A DNA stretch of 63,614 nucleotides, filler included, from Intoshia linei (taxonomy: Eukaryota > Animalia > Orthonectida), in the NCBI GenBank assembly GCA_001642005.1. It is 3 parts of 3 records of this genome, joined end to end, with 100 filler letters (N's around TTAATTAATTAA, not from the genome) between each part and the next. Parts side by side here need not be neighbours in the genome. Positions count along the whole stretch, not along the records: positions 1 to 29,448 come from LWCA01000383.1; 2 more parts are not named here. One strand, 5' to 3'. Under the pieces are notes generated by a model. It saw only the letters and a program-made list of their open reading frames with translations, made no database searches and was not told where the DNA came from. Shown here piece by piece: positions 14,114 through 25,719 of the stretch. The position numbers and the translations under genes are program-made. The number at the start of each line of letters is the position of its first letter. The first letter of the stretch is position 1.

Positions 14114-14877
14114 CAGTATAATCCCGTTTTGGGCACATTTTTTGAAAAGTACCCCAAATACTGAGGGTAATCATAAAATTCTGTTATCTATTAAATTAAT
14201 TGAACAATGGTATATTTAATCAGATTAAGAAAGTTGATAATGATTCGTTGATGAGGTACATCACAAAAATAATGTAGTTATTTTAAAAATAGACTTTTAT
14301 AATATTGAAACATGAATAAATAAAATTCAAAATTTGAAAAACTCGGGAACATTGAGACAAGACAATAAAATCTTAGTATATACATAATACCTGATAAAAA
14401 AATGTGACGAAAATTTATTTGATCTATATTAAAATAATCGGTTATCTTATTGGTTTTTTCCCCAAATTAATAGAATTCCTTAATACAATTTAGTAAAAAA
14501 AATCTTTAATTATCTTTAAAATAAAAAGAACAAAATAATTAGGTCTGCTTCTTGACGGTATTTCTTCATCAAAATTAGCATTCATCACTTGATTACTCAA
14601 AAGTGTTACAAGTTCCTTTTTATTCGAGACATTGTTCCTTTACTCGTTGCATAGATTTCGTTCAGATAACTTTTTATCTTAAGGGATTTTAATTTAGTTA
14701 TTTTTATTTTGTCATAATTTAATTTTTGAAAAATATAAAGTGCCCCAAAACGAGGTTTATTTGATACTAATTTATAGTAAATAGTACAAAACACTATGAA
14801 ACTAACACGACATTGAAAAAGTTCCAAAAAAGCGATGGTGGCCACTGCCAAAGTTCGCCCAAACCGGGGTCGGACTG
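14114..14877. mobile_element. Non-autonomous pogo/Tigger-like element
   Basis: TA|CAGTATAATCCCGTTTTGGGCAC ... GCCCAAACCGGGGTCGGACTG|TA imperfect TIRs. Internal repeat AAAGT(A/G)CCCCAAA near both ends. Confidence 0.65.
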
Positions 14878-14965
14878 TATTAATGTCTTAAAAATGTTTA
14901 GATTATTTAAAAAACGTTCTGAATATATGAAAAATAGACATTTGACTATTTAAAATGTTAAAAAT

Positions 14966-16077
14966 TCAAATTACATATTTATGGGCAGGAATAGTAATAA
15001 CAGATTCATCCGCACGTAAGATATGTTTATCGTATAGGTTTGCATGGATAATTTTTTCCTTGGTACGCACGAGACTGTCTCGTTTGCTTGGTATTGTTAA
15101 TTCAATTGATTGATGATTTTCAATATTTTGAGGAATTATTTTGTCGGTGTGTCCTATATCACTCAATGCTTTTCCAAAACTTAATTTATCGTCATTTTTA
15201 TTTTTCAAAAGAGATATAGCTTCAATGTTCAAAGCACACAAACCGCGCATAAACGTAGATTTTATTGATTCATTTTCGTCATTTTTTTTATTCATCAAAG
15301 TTTCCATTTTTTGTTGCAATTCATTCAAAATGGTGTCTTTAATTTTACATTGTTCAATCAATTTTTGTCTATCAGCACGAACTTTGCGGTGAATATAATT
15401 TTTCCATTTTTGCAAATATTTTCGTTTAATTCTCTGCTTATGCTTCCAAATTAAAAAATAAACACACTTTTCACGGCATTTTCTCAATGTATGTTTGTTA
15501 AACCATTCATAAAAACACTTTTGTTTCAAAAATTGCATTTTTTTACTTTTTAAATTTGCACTCAATTGTTGGGTATTTTTGTTCAATTTATCAATTTCTT
15601 CATGGTAATCACATGACTCGATATTTTTTATTCGTAAATTATTTTCCAATTGGTCAATTTTTTTCCGATCTCTAAATAAAAATGTGAAAAGTTACGTAGG
15701 CATTACGTTTTAGTTTGATTGTATATTATATTTCTGGAGAAAGACAACAATCGAGAATAGGCCAAAGAATACTCTTTCTATAAATTAATATAATAATTAA
15801 TACAAAAAATCTTAACCATAAACGATTTTTCAAATTTAGCATAGTTTTCATTAAAACAGAGCTTCATGTTATCCATTTCGCATGAAACATTATCTTGAAC
15901 ATAACAGTCCAATTCATCGGGGGAGTGTTCATTTTTCTTGATATCAGCAACATCTTTCATCGAATTTACATCTATTTTATCAACCTCATTTATTGTATCA
16001 TAATCTACCTCAGTTGCAGATAAAATTTCTGTTTCTACTAAATCATAAATTTATATCTAAACAATATCACCTTCCAT
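14966..16077 (-). CDS. POC5: Centriolar protein POC5 homolog, multi-exon
   Basis: ESIKSTFMRGLCALNIEAISLL matches the POC5 signature (MKKAFMRGVCALNxEA). It is preceded by Sfi1-like centrin-binding repeats (KQKCFYEW; KRKYLQKW). The putative first micro-exon ATGGAAG|gt at 16077 is tentative. Confidence 0.87.
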
Positions 16078-16510
16078 AAAATTCTTTAAAATTAAATATT
16101 TACAAGTTTCTATAGTTTAACATCTCTGTTTTCGGTAACTTGACATTAAACTATTGTACATATTTTTTTATTTTATGTTTTTTACTTACTGTTACATTAA
16201 GCCATGTCTAAAATCTTATCAACTCAAAATTGATAAAAAATAAAATCATTTTGTACCAAAGTTTATAGAATAGTTGGGAATCGTTGAATAGATTTTTGTA
16301 CGTCTGTAGTATATTCATTAAAAATTAAAATGGTAAATAAAAAATTATTTCAAATTATTTTTTTTGTTATACAAATTGTATCAATTTTTAACATTTGATG
16401 TTTGTGGTTACGTTGAGCAATTTGTACCTAAAAACTATGTTGTGTTGCGGTAAAATCATGAATAAACATTAAACAGAAAAACTTTAATAACTTTAAATAA
16501 TATTTACATA

Positions 16511-16861
16511 CAGTGGTCGCTCTCTAAATTGAACACTAACTGCAAAAAAATGGGTGGTGTTTAAGTTTTAGAGATTGAACAGTGTTCAATAAACACGGTA
16601 GTTAATTATTTCATACTATATTTATGGTGAAATTTATGAAAAAAATCAAAATTTTAATATAAATGAATTGTTCAAATTGAAAAAATCACATTTTCTTATA
16701 AATTTCTTAAATTATATCGAAAATTAATTAAATTACAACAAATTTATATGAAAAATCACAATAAATTGTGTTCACGTTCAAGAGCGGGAATGTATATTCT
16801 TACCATGTACAGTGATCGCTGTGTGTATTTAGATACTGTTCAATTTAGGGAGCGACCACTG
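16511..16861. mobile_element. pogo/Tc1-derived MITE, 351 bp
   Basis: 25-bp TIRs CAGTGGTCGCTC(T/C)CTAAATTGAACA with one mismatch, TA on both sides. Confidence 0.92.
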
Positions 16862-16996
16862 TATTCATATCATATGAATCATATGTAATGTTAAATTTAG
16901 AATTCAATAAAAATGAAGTTATAGTTATATAGATATTATATAGTTATAGATACTAAAAGCTATAAACTCATACACTTGTATTTGTAATTAAACATC

Positions 16997-18313
16997 ATGC
17001 AAGGTTCACAAAATTCAGGAAAGAAGTAAAATTAAATAGAAACAAAATAATTTACAATTTAATGTACATTATTTTATTTTAGATTTGGTTTATTTACAAA
17101 GAAACAAAAAAAATATGGTGTTACCCTTCCTCCATCGAATATTTTTCGTGATGACTCAGATGATGAAATCGACTCTTCAAATGTACAAAGAAATATTTAA
17201 ATATTTTAATTGTTATTTTAGAAATATTTAAAACCTTTACCTAAAATATGTGCCACGCAAAAAAATATCACTAAAAAGGTACATTGGACAGTTTAAAATT
17301 TGCGTGTAATAGATATAATTAAGTGAAAAATAAGTTTTACTTATCTGTTCTTTAAATCCTAACAAATGAAACTTTTCATAATCCTTTACCATCAGTCTAA
17401 TTTTAAACAAATTGTCAATAAAAATCGACTTTATAATTAACTAAAATGAATTTAGGATAAAATATTAGCAAATGAAGCCCTGAAAGAGGCTGGTCCTTCC
17501 ATTTTTCAATATGATGAAGTTTACGACAATATGGTGGCAGCAAAAAATAAGAAACTAGATTCAATAACTGATAAACATAAAAAAGACAAGGTACCTTGAA
17601 TGATTGATATGTGAATAATTTTATGAATAGTCTAGGTATATTGGAAATTTAGTTAGAGCCGCAAACAAACGAAAATTGGAATTTGAATTACGTCAAGAAC
17701 GAATTATTGAAAAAGAGAGAAAAGAAGAAGGTGACCAATTTCAAGATAAGGAATCTTTCGTCACTAATGCTTGGAAAGAAAAACTAGAAATTTTAAAAAA
17801 AGAAGCTGAACTTGAAAAACAACAAGATTTAGTGGAAGGTATTAGTTTTAATTTTAGTGTACATGATTTATAGAAAGAATGAATGTAAAAAATCAAATGA
17901 ATTTGGGTGGATTTTATCGAAACATTCTTGAAAAAACTACCAACGAAAGAAACATAGACATTACTACCACGTATGGTTAGTTTAATATCAATTTTATTAT
18001 GTTTAGAGAAGAAAATATTCCCAATATACCTGAAAAAGTTGAAGGTGTATCTACTCAGAATCCTGAAAAAGCACGTAAATTTCATCGCAACCATCGTATT
18101 AGACTTGCACTTTTTAATCAAGAAAGCGATGTAAAAAGGTGTGCCGATGGTTCAATTAGTAAAATCATTGATACAAACCAAATAAACTTGGAAGACATGA
18201 TTAAAAAGCACACCAAACATACAGTGAATGATAAATTGGCTTTAGCGCGCATGAAATACTTTGAGAGAAGGCAAGAACTGGTACCTGATATTGTCACTGA
18301 AGATCAGATTTAA
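16997..18313 (+). CDS. NSRP1: Nuclear speckle splicing regulatory protein 1 (CCDC55 family), multi-exon
   Basis: Spliced product MQGSQNSGKKFGLF...IFRDDSDDE...PSIFQYDEVYDNM...SRYIGNLVRAANKRKLEFELRQERIIEKERKEEGDQFQDKESFVTNAWKEKL...ARMKYFERR carries the NSRP1 N-terminal domain motifs. Confidence 0.9.
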
Positions 18314-18351
18314 ATTGTTTTGCGCATTGTAAATATGTTTAATAAATTTTA

Positions 18352-21015
18352 TCAAGGTTCTTCGTCTTCTTTAATGATTCTCGAAATGGATGATTGAAAA
18401 GGTTTTTCATAATTATCAAAGTCTATGAGCCATCCAAATCGTTTTCGATTGAGTACTCTTTGTTGAATCAATTCTTCTGTAGTATGCTGGTTTATCCAGT
18501 CCTTTTCGATAGTGTGAAGTATGGATTCATCGGCTCCAGTGTTCATTAATGCAAAAGCAGTAATCAAAATAGAATCCAATTTATTTGAAGCAAAATAGTT
18601 TTCAAACCACTCTGCAGAATCTTCAGTCATTTCTTTTGTATCAAACTATGTGTTTTAAAATTTATTAAAAAAACTATTTTACTTTAGACGTTCTTTTTTT
18701 AACTTTCTTGGCAGATTTACTTTTTTTTGGTTTTTTGTCGTTCAAAGGTGGCAGAGAACTCCATTTTTTTGATATTATATCAAATACTCTACTGTCTCCC
18801 CATAGTTGGGCTTCTTCGAATATTGATCTAACTATTAAGATTATAATTATGCAGCTAATTGATACCTTTGTTGCTTTCTAGTTGTAATTTTGCCCCTTTC
18901 GAAATCAAATACATTACTATATCTTCTCTAGAGGTTTCAATGGCTCTATTTAGTGGTGTTGCACCGCTCATAGTTAGTGCGTCAAGGTGAGCCCCATTAT
19001 CTACTAAATATTGAACCATTAACAAACATCCTCCGTGACAAGCAAAATGCAATGGGGTCCAATACATGTTGTCTGATATGTTTATGCTAGCCCTAAAATT
19101 TTTGTTACATTTTAAGTAAGTAATTATTCTTGATTTAATACCCTTTGCTTATTAAATATTTAGCAGTTTCTAAATTCCCTTGATATGCAGCAGCCATAAG
19201 GGGTGTTTTGTAAAATTTATTTCTAAAATTAACATCCACTCCATTTTTAAACGCTAATTGTAAACTATCAATTTCTGTGTATTTTGATGCATCATTTAGC
19301 TTAATGTATTCAGCTTCTGGTTGGTTTAAATACCAAAAACTGTCATCAACCAAAGGATTACTTGGAATATTATCTCTATTGAATCTATTCCTATCTAAAT
19401 TTAAACGTTTAAAAATACAAGTAGTTTATGACCATTTTTATATATTACCCAATTTAGTATATTAAAAAGTTTACCCGTATAATTTTTGTTGTAAATTACA
19501 AACGGCAGATTAGGCGCACAATTATCTACTCGACCTTCTGTGTCTTGAACACAGATTTGCATAGGTATTTTGTTTTTGGATGATTTTGATTTTCCTCCGC
19601 TCTTTTTCTTCTTTTTTTGTTTTGGGAGGTACGACTTATGCAAAAAGGTTCTGTTTACATATTTCCTACCACTCATGAATTCGTAATAATCAACTTTGTG
19701 AGTCAATAATTTATCGTGGGAAGCTATAAGCGATTTTTGGAGATCTAAATCGTCTGGTATGGGAGCACCAAAATCTTGTAATACAATAATAAAATCATCT
19801 TCATTCATTTTGCCAGTTAGAAAGGCTAAACTATCATCGTCGAAACACTCGTATTTTTCAAAAGCTTCGGTAAGCTCTGTATGAATTTGAGTGTAATCGT
19901 ATAGCAAAGTACTCCACATGTTGTCATTAACCTTGGCATAAATTTTTTCAGCTTTCTTACACTCTCGTAATGCCTCTTTATGAGAATTTTCTTTGGCGTA
20001 AAGCTTTGCCGTATAATCTTCAAAATTTTTTAATTTCGGATTACAACCTTAAAAACAATTTACATCCGAATTAGTCTTATTTAAAACCTCTTTGAACTAA
20101 AAATCTACAACACAAATGATGTCCGTTCTTTGAGGCCAAATGTATCGGAGAATCTCCGGAATTGGAAGTAACGTTAAAATTTGCATTGTAGCCTGCTAGC
20201 ATAAACAAACATTCTAGATTACCGACTTCTGCTGCTTCATGACCAGCCATTTTATTCGAACGAGTCTTTGCATTCGGATCTGCTCCATTTTTAAGTAGCA
20301 TTTTTACAATCATCGAAGACCCGGCTCGACAGGCTGCCATGAGAGCTGTGTAACCAGTTTTCTAATAATTTAATTAAGATATACATTCAAACTACCTTGT
20401 TTTGAGCAGCAGCATCGGCGTTTGATTCGATAATGAGTTTACAAATGTCTTCAATTTCATTTGATACAAGACATGCCCTATTGAGTAGTGGGTCACCTAA
20501 AAAGTCAAAAATTTAAAGTAATCAATGAACCTTCATTATCTACAACATTTGGATCTCCCTTACTCAGCAGCAAATTTTCTACGCACTGAAAGTGTCGATT
20601 CGTAGGAGATAGCGTGTAAAAAAGTGTAGCTTGATTATATATTAATTTTAATAAAACAATATTTACTTTTTCCGTAAATATCACACAATTGTGGATCTGC
20701 TCCATACTTTAATAAAATGTTTAGACTTTGAACATGACCCATCATGGCTGAAATAGTCAAAGCACTAAACCCAACTTTGTTTTTAACATTAGGGTCAGCT
20801 TTTAATCGATCCAAAAGTAAAAAAACAATTTCATCATTGTTGTTTTTCGCAGCCACCATTAGAGCATTCAACCCATCACTAGGTTCGATAAAATTTAAAA
20901 TTCCGTTTAATCCATTTTCGACTAGTTTGATTATTTCATCAACCTTATTTTCTCGTACACATTGTATAAGCTTGCAGACTTGAAGAATTTCTATTCGGTC
21001 TTCAGCAATCTTCAT
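18352..21015 (-). CDS. ANKEF1: Ankyrin repeat and EF-hand domain-containing protein 1, multi-exon
   Basis: N-terminus MKIAEDRIEILQVCKLIQCVRE...NFIEPSDGLNALMVAA, multiple ankyrin repeats, EF-hand-like VDYYEFMSGRKY followed by a Lys-rich tract, DDSFWYLNQPE, and C-terminal TEELIQQRVLNRKRFGWLIDFDNYEKPFQ all match remembered ANKEF1 architecture. Confidence 0.92.
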
Positions 21016-21180
21016 AAAATTTAAATTTGTCTATTCCAATTTTTATTTAAAAAACAACGCCATTGATATAGCCAAAAATAATGCATACAATGGAAAAACA
21101 CCACGATATTTGAGGATATAGGTCATAAAGAATACAAAGAATATTTTAATCAAATTAAACAACTAAATAAATGCGACAAA

Positions 21181-24100
21181 TCACATGACCTGATTAATTT
21201 CCAATTTTTGGTTCAATTTTTTGGATTCGACAATCTCTTTTACGTGCTCCATCTAAAAATATCATTGTCAATTTTGATACAGATAATAACGCACATGTTT
21301 TTTTTGTTTTTCACTAACGGAATTTAACCACGATGATCTTCTTTCCATGTGTAATTTCATGTTCAAATCATTATTGATCTTCATAACCTCGGTAGAATAA
21401 TCTATTTCTTTCATCAGTTTAGCTTTTGTGTTTTCTACATTTTCATCGAGTTCCATATTTTTTATATCAGTAATATCAACTCCATCGGTCTTTGTTAATG
21501 CATTCTATACAAATATTCAAAATATTATTTAATTCTTACTAATTTTTCATCCAAAGCGACAGAAAGTCGCTGCTGAATTGCGTGTTGAAGTTCCGGGTGT
21601 TTTTCAGGAATCATTTTCCTCATTCGTGTAGCAGCAAAAGGACTCAAACTGTCATCTTTTGCAATTTCATGTACATGTTGAATCTATAAATGATAATACT
21701 CATTCTATAAACAATTACATGACTGCTAATTTTTTTTTTGTAATCTTTTAACATTGTGACATGCTTTTTATCAGCATTTTCTAAAGTGCTGTGAATTTTC
21801 CGTTGTGTGTTTTCTCTGAAGTTTGAATCTAACGACATTTTTTTAGCATTGATTAAACTAATTTGATTATTGTGATTCGTAGCAAAGGATGATCGATCTG
21901 CTTGAACAGACTATTTATACATTAAATGGGTTTAAGTTAAATACTTTGATTTTAAAAGATAAAATCTGTCACAGATCGTGGTTTTGTTTCGACATAATCA
22001 TTTATAAATTCCTTAACGGTACGTGAATTACAATAGAGTGTATTTTTCAAATATGGACAATTAATAAATCATAAATATTCTTACTTTTATTACATTCGTA
22101 CATTTTGTACTTAATACAAACAGCACCTACCTCTGCCGAGGGTGGACTTTTCTACTTGTACCAAAAAATAAAATCTACATAAAAATGCCATTAATCACTA
22201 TAACCAATCTTAAAGTAATAGTTCCCAAACGCGTTTAGACCATTTTTTAATTCTAGGACCATTAATTATATCAAATTTTTTGTTTTCATCATTTTTTTGT
22301 CAATTAATTAATTAATTTTCCAAAAAAAAGGTTAAACAGTAAATTGTTTTTTTGAAAATTGAAGCATAACGTAACATTGAAACTCCCGCAGTATTAAATG
22401 TGCTCTTTTTTTAAATTCTAGGACTATTCGGTTTTTTCAAATTTTTTTCACAACTATCTTTAAAATCTGGAAAAATAAAATTTATCATAAAACGCTTTCT
22501 GAAAATAAAGTACAAAAAAAATCCCGTATTTGTTGTGCGTATTAACTGAATAACTGTTATTTTCTTTAAAATTCTTGGACTATTTTCTTTTTTTTAAAAA
22601 AAAAGTAATTGCGTTTTTTGATCTGAAGATATATTTTTTAAATTGATAAAAATATTTATGATTTTAAAATCTTTATCAGAGTGTATATTTTTTAAATTCT
22701 ACAATTCGTTTGATATTCAAAAAAAGATACTTAGGGTTTTGACCTGTAAGATGTGAGTTTCTGAGATTGAAATTTATTTTACTTTCACGCCCTATAAAAA
22801 CCATAATAGAAATGTGGAATTTTTAAAATTATAAGATCTAGTTATTGAAATAAACGATAACACACAGACATACAAATAGAGAGTTTCATATAAGTTAGGA
22901 TTATAAATAACATAAGTGTAAATACGATTGAAATAAATAAAAGTATAACAGGGATGGAAAACCCTTTTATAGTTATGGGCTTAAAATCTGAATAATTCAA
23001 GACTTTTTTTAACATTTCAATGTCAAAATTAAAGAGGGTATTTTTATAGTTTTTATAAATAAGATTAAACACAATTAAAATTAAAAACACCTTTTTTTAG
23101 AATAAATACATTGATCATTAATTGTTTTGAAAAGAATAACAACAATTTGTAATCATCATAACATTCTATAATATCAAAATCAATGTATTCAACCCATTAA
23201 AAAATTAAAATCTCTAAAATGAACATAATACTAGGTTAAAAATGCATATTACCATTTTATTCTACGTTTATTAGTATTATTCTGATAACAATGATTTTAA
23301 AAAGCAAATTGGTGGATCCAGGTAACTACCTTATTTATCATTATGTACCCTATATTCCAGTGATACCAGCCAACTAAAACTAGGTGTGTTAAACATAATA
23401 CTATTTTCAGAAATTTTTTTCTAGTGTGTTTTTATTAAAAAAATAATACGTCAATCAAAACCGTCAATTAAGTCGAACAACTTGATGATGGAAAATAAGT
23501 TCAAAAAATAATTTTTACATTTATTCAGATTTAAAAAATTGAGCCGCAAGTTTTCAATGGGTGGTTCATAACTTGTTGATTAACGCTACACAAGCCAAAC
23601 TAGTTTCATCGTGAAATCTATTTCTTTTATGATTTTTGACATTATTCAATGTGGAAAATAACGATTCACATAAATATGTAGATAAAATTATAATTAATAT
23701 AGCTTTAGCTAGACTGTTAAATGTTTCAGGCATAGAATTCCAAACTTCTAATAACATATTTGATTGGTCAAAGGAGGTAACATCTTCAAATGATTTTGTA
23801 AGTCTATTTCGTTCTATTACTTCAATTTCCGATCTCACTTATTATAGTAATAGTTTTTATTTGAAGTGAACTTATATATTTTTTCAAGTGTGTAATAAAA
23901 AAATGTCAAGTGTATATTTTTTACACGCAAACACATACTTTGCCATCACTGGTATACTCGGTCAGGTACACGATGAAAATGACTGTTATGTCGATATAAC
24001 TCAGTCTTGATATGAAACTAAACCTAATCTAAAATTGAAAAAATACTTTTCCATTCCAATTATAAATCATCCAGGTATCGTTGACTTAACCATATATAAT

Positions 24101-24364
24101 ATAATGTAATAAATAGATTTAAGGGAAAATTGAATTATAACGCACATGTCTTCTAATATCAGCAATCATTAATTTGTCTTCAATTGTATCCAAATCAAAA
24201 TCGTGTCTTTTCCCGATCAAATCAGGTATCTTGCATTTAGGAGCATCAAACACTAGTTCAAATGCAGGGTTTTTATCCTGAAGAGATTTGCTTTTAACTA
24301 CATGTGCATGAAATGAAAAAAATTAAATAATATTACCAATAACTTGATGGGTACTTTTTGTCAT
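21181..24364 (-). CDS. Stathmin-family protein with extended C-terminal repeats, about 285 aa, 7 exons
   Basis: Phase-consistent exons: 24364-24337, 24297-24146, 24017-23958, 21910-21719, 21683-21540, 21504-21295, 21252-21181. Product contains NPAFELVFDAP, DLDTIEDKLMIADIRRH, DSNFRENTQRKIHSTLENADKKHVTMLKDYKKKISSHIQHVHEI and RRSSWLNSVSEKQKKHMEHVKEI, which resemble the stathmin AFELIL, IQKKLEAAEERRK, NNNF and KHIEEVR motifs. Confidence 0.78.
22105..22830 (-). repeat. Helitron-like dispersed repeat copy, 3' portion, in the stathmin-like intron
   Basis: GTACTTAATACAAACAGCACCTACCTCTGCCGAG is the reverse complement of the family 3' end (compare 39930-39965 and 56280-56315). Internal blocks are shared with 29100-29400 and 59400-59730. 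Confidence 0.6.
23358..23951 (-). mobile_element. hAT (Buster/GTF2IRD2-like) remnant with C-terminal dimerisation domain
   Basis: ORF 23566-23838 reads WNSMPETFNSLAK...STYLCESLFSTLNNVKNHKRNR. Ends CAGTGATACC and TGCCATCACTG. Degenerate TSD CTATATTC versus GTATACTC, so the left boundary is tentative. Confidence 0.72.
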
Positions 24365-24525
24365 TTTTAACTAGTCTGCGTTCAAATAAATACAACGTTG
24401 CTAAAATGATTAATTCTTTTGAATAAAATAAAAATAAACAAGTTTAAAATTCAAAGTTCCAGGTAGTCAAGCATAAAAATAGTGATGCATATAATAAAGT
24501 ATATTTACAATAAAAACTGGATACA

Positions 24526-25719
24526 TCAATGTAAAGACAATTCATAAGCATAAAAATAAACTACTATATTGTCTATATTAATGATACTTTTCATATCCAA
24601 AATTCTGGATTCTTCTTGTGTCAAAGGAATGCTATTGACAGTAAAAAGAAAATTAGATAGATTTTTAATGTGAAAATTGGAATTAACGAAATTTATTTCA
24701 AATTGCGGATTTTTCATGTTAACTGAAAAGGGTATTTTGATGAAGTGAGTTGTAGAATCTGAAATGAATTGAATTTCACAGTTGACGTCTTTAGATACGT
24801 TTTGATGGTCAAAATTAGACCCAACAATTGTTTTATTGAGAACTAAATCGAATCTTTTTGTATCTTTATTAAAAGATGAAATAATAAACATGGAAGCTAT
24901 TGATTTACTATCGATTGAACCGGTATTATTTTGAATTCCCAATCTATTTTCCCATTTAATAACTTTTAATTTTAACTGTTTTGTTGAATGCATGAGAATT
25001 TTTCTCTTAATTTGGCACTCCCTTAAAATCTCGTTCTCCAAGTTTAGGTTCGTATTTTTAAAATTATCAATTTGTAATTTTTGGTGTAATGTACTAGTTT
25101 TTTGTTTTAATGTTATCCATTTTGAAACGACATCATTTAAATTTCGATAAGGAAACATTTCCATTGAAATTTTTATAGTATTTACAACGCCTTCGAAACA
25201 ATTTTCTTGTATATTTTCCAAAAATTCAACCTGGTCAGCACAAAATACTGGCTGTCGTTTTAAGGCCAATTGAATCTCATTTAAATCGCAATTTGACTTA
25301 ATGAGAAAATTTCCAAACAAAATATCATTCCAAAAATTCCAAACATCAGCGTAAGACATGGTTTTATTAATTGAATCAATTTCATTGTATGCGGTTTCAA
25401 AAGGACAATTTTTTGTAATTAGAGCGTCTATCAAAATATAATGTTTCGGTTCAATTACAATATTCGGTACAGGCGTAATAATTTTTTCATTTTTTAGTTC
25501 ATTAAACAAATCTTCAATTTCTGGTTTGATAGGTTTAATTTTACAGTCAAGTACGGGCATTTTTTCTTCTTTCTTTTTCTTGTTCATTTTTTTGGTTATA
25601 TTGATACGATCTGATTTTCTAGGTATTTTTGTTTTTTCAATTTGTTGAGGGAATCCATCTATTCCTATTTTCCTCTTTTTGATTCGTAAACTAACTCTAT
25701 TTGTATTACCTTCTGTCAT
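24526..25719 (-). CDS. MCRS1: Divergent microspherule protein 1-like protein (MCRS N domain plus C-terminal FHA-like domain), single exon
   Basis: 397-aa ORF. LIDALI...YADVWNFWNDILF resembles the MCRS1 LINAV...VQERWYALLY block. FPYRNLNDVVSKWITLKQ and KQLKLKVIKWE resemble RTAKALQAHWQLMKQ and RQLEQELHKW. The C-terminal FHIKNLS...TVNSIP...SIINIDNIVVYF is FHA-like. Confidence 0.68.
   Translation of the reverse strand: MTEGNTNRVSLRIKKRKIGIDGFPQQIEKTKIPRKSDRINITKKMNKKKKEEKMPVLDCKIKPIKPEIEDLFNELKNEKIITPVPNIVIEPKHYILIDALITKNCPFETAYNEIDSINKTMSYADVWNFWNDILFGNFLIKSNCDLNEIQLALKRQPVFCADQVEFLENIQENCFEGVVNTIKISMEMFPYRNLNDVVSKWITLKQKTSTLHQKLQIDNFKNTNLNLENEILRECQIKRKILMHSTKQLKLKVIKWENRLGIQNNTGSIDSKSIASMFIISSFNKDTKRFDLVLNKTIVGSNFDHQNVSKDVNCEIQFISDSTTHFIKIPFSVNMKNPQFEINFVNSNFHIKNLSNFLFTVNSIPLTQEESRILDMKSIINIDNIVVYFYAYELSLH

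Noticed and set aside
16106-16121. X-box-like GTTTCTATAGTTTAAC upstream of POC5, and ATTGATATAGCCAA upstream of ANKEF1 at about 21062
   Set aside because: Spacing or base mismatches to the RFX consensus GTNRCC(N0-3)RGYAAC are too many to call in AT-rich DNA without a PWM scan.
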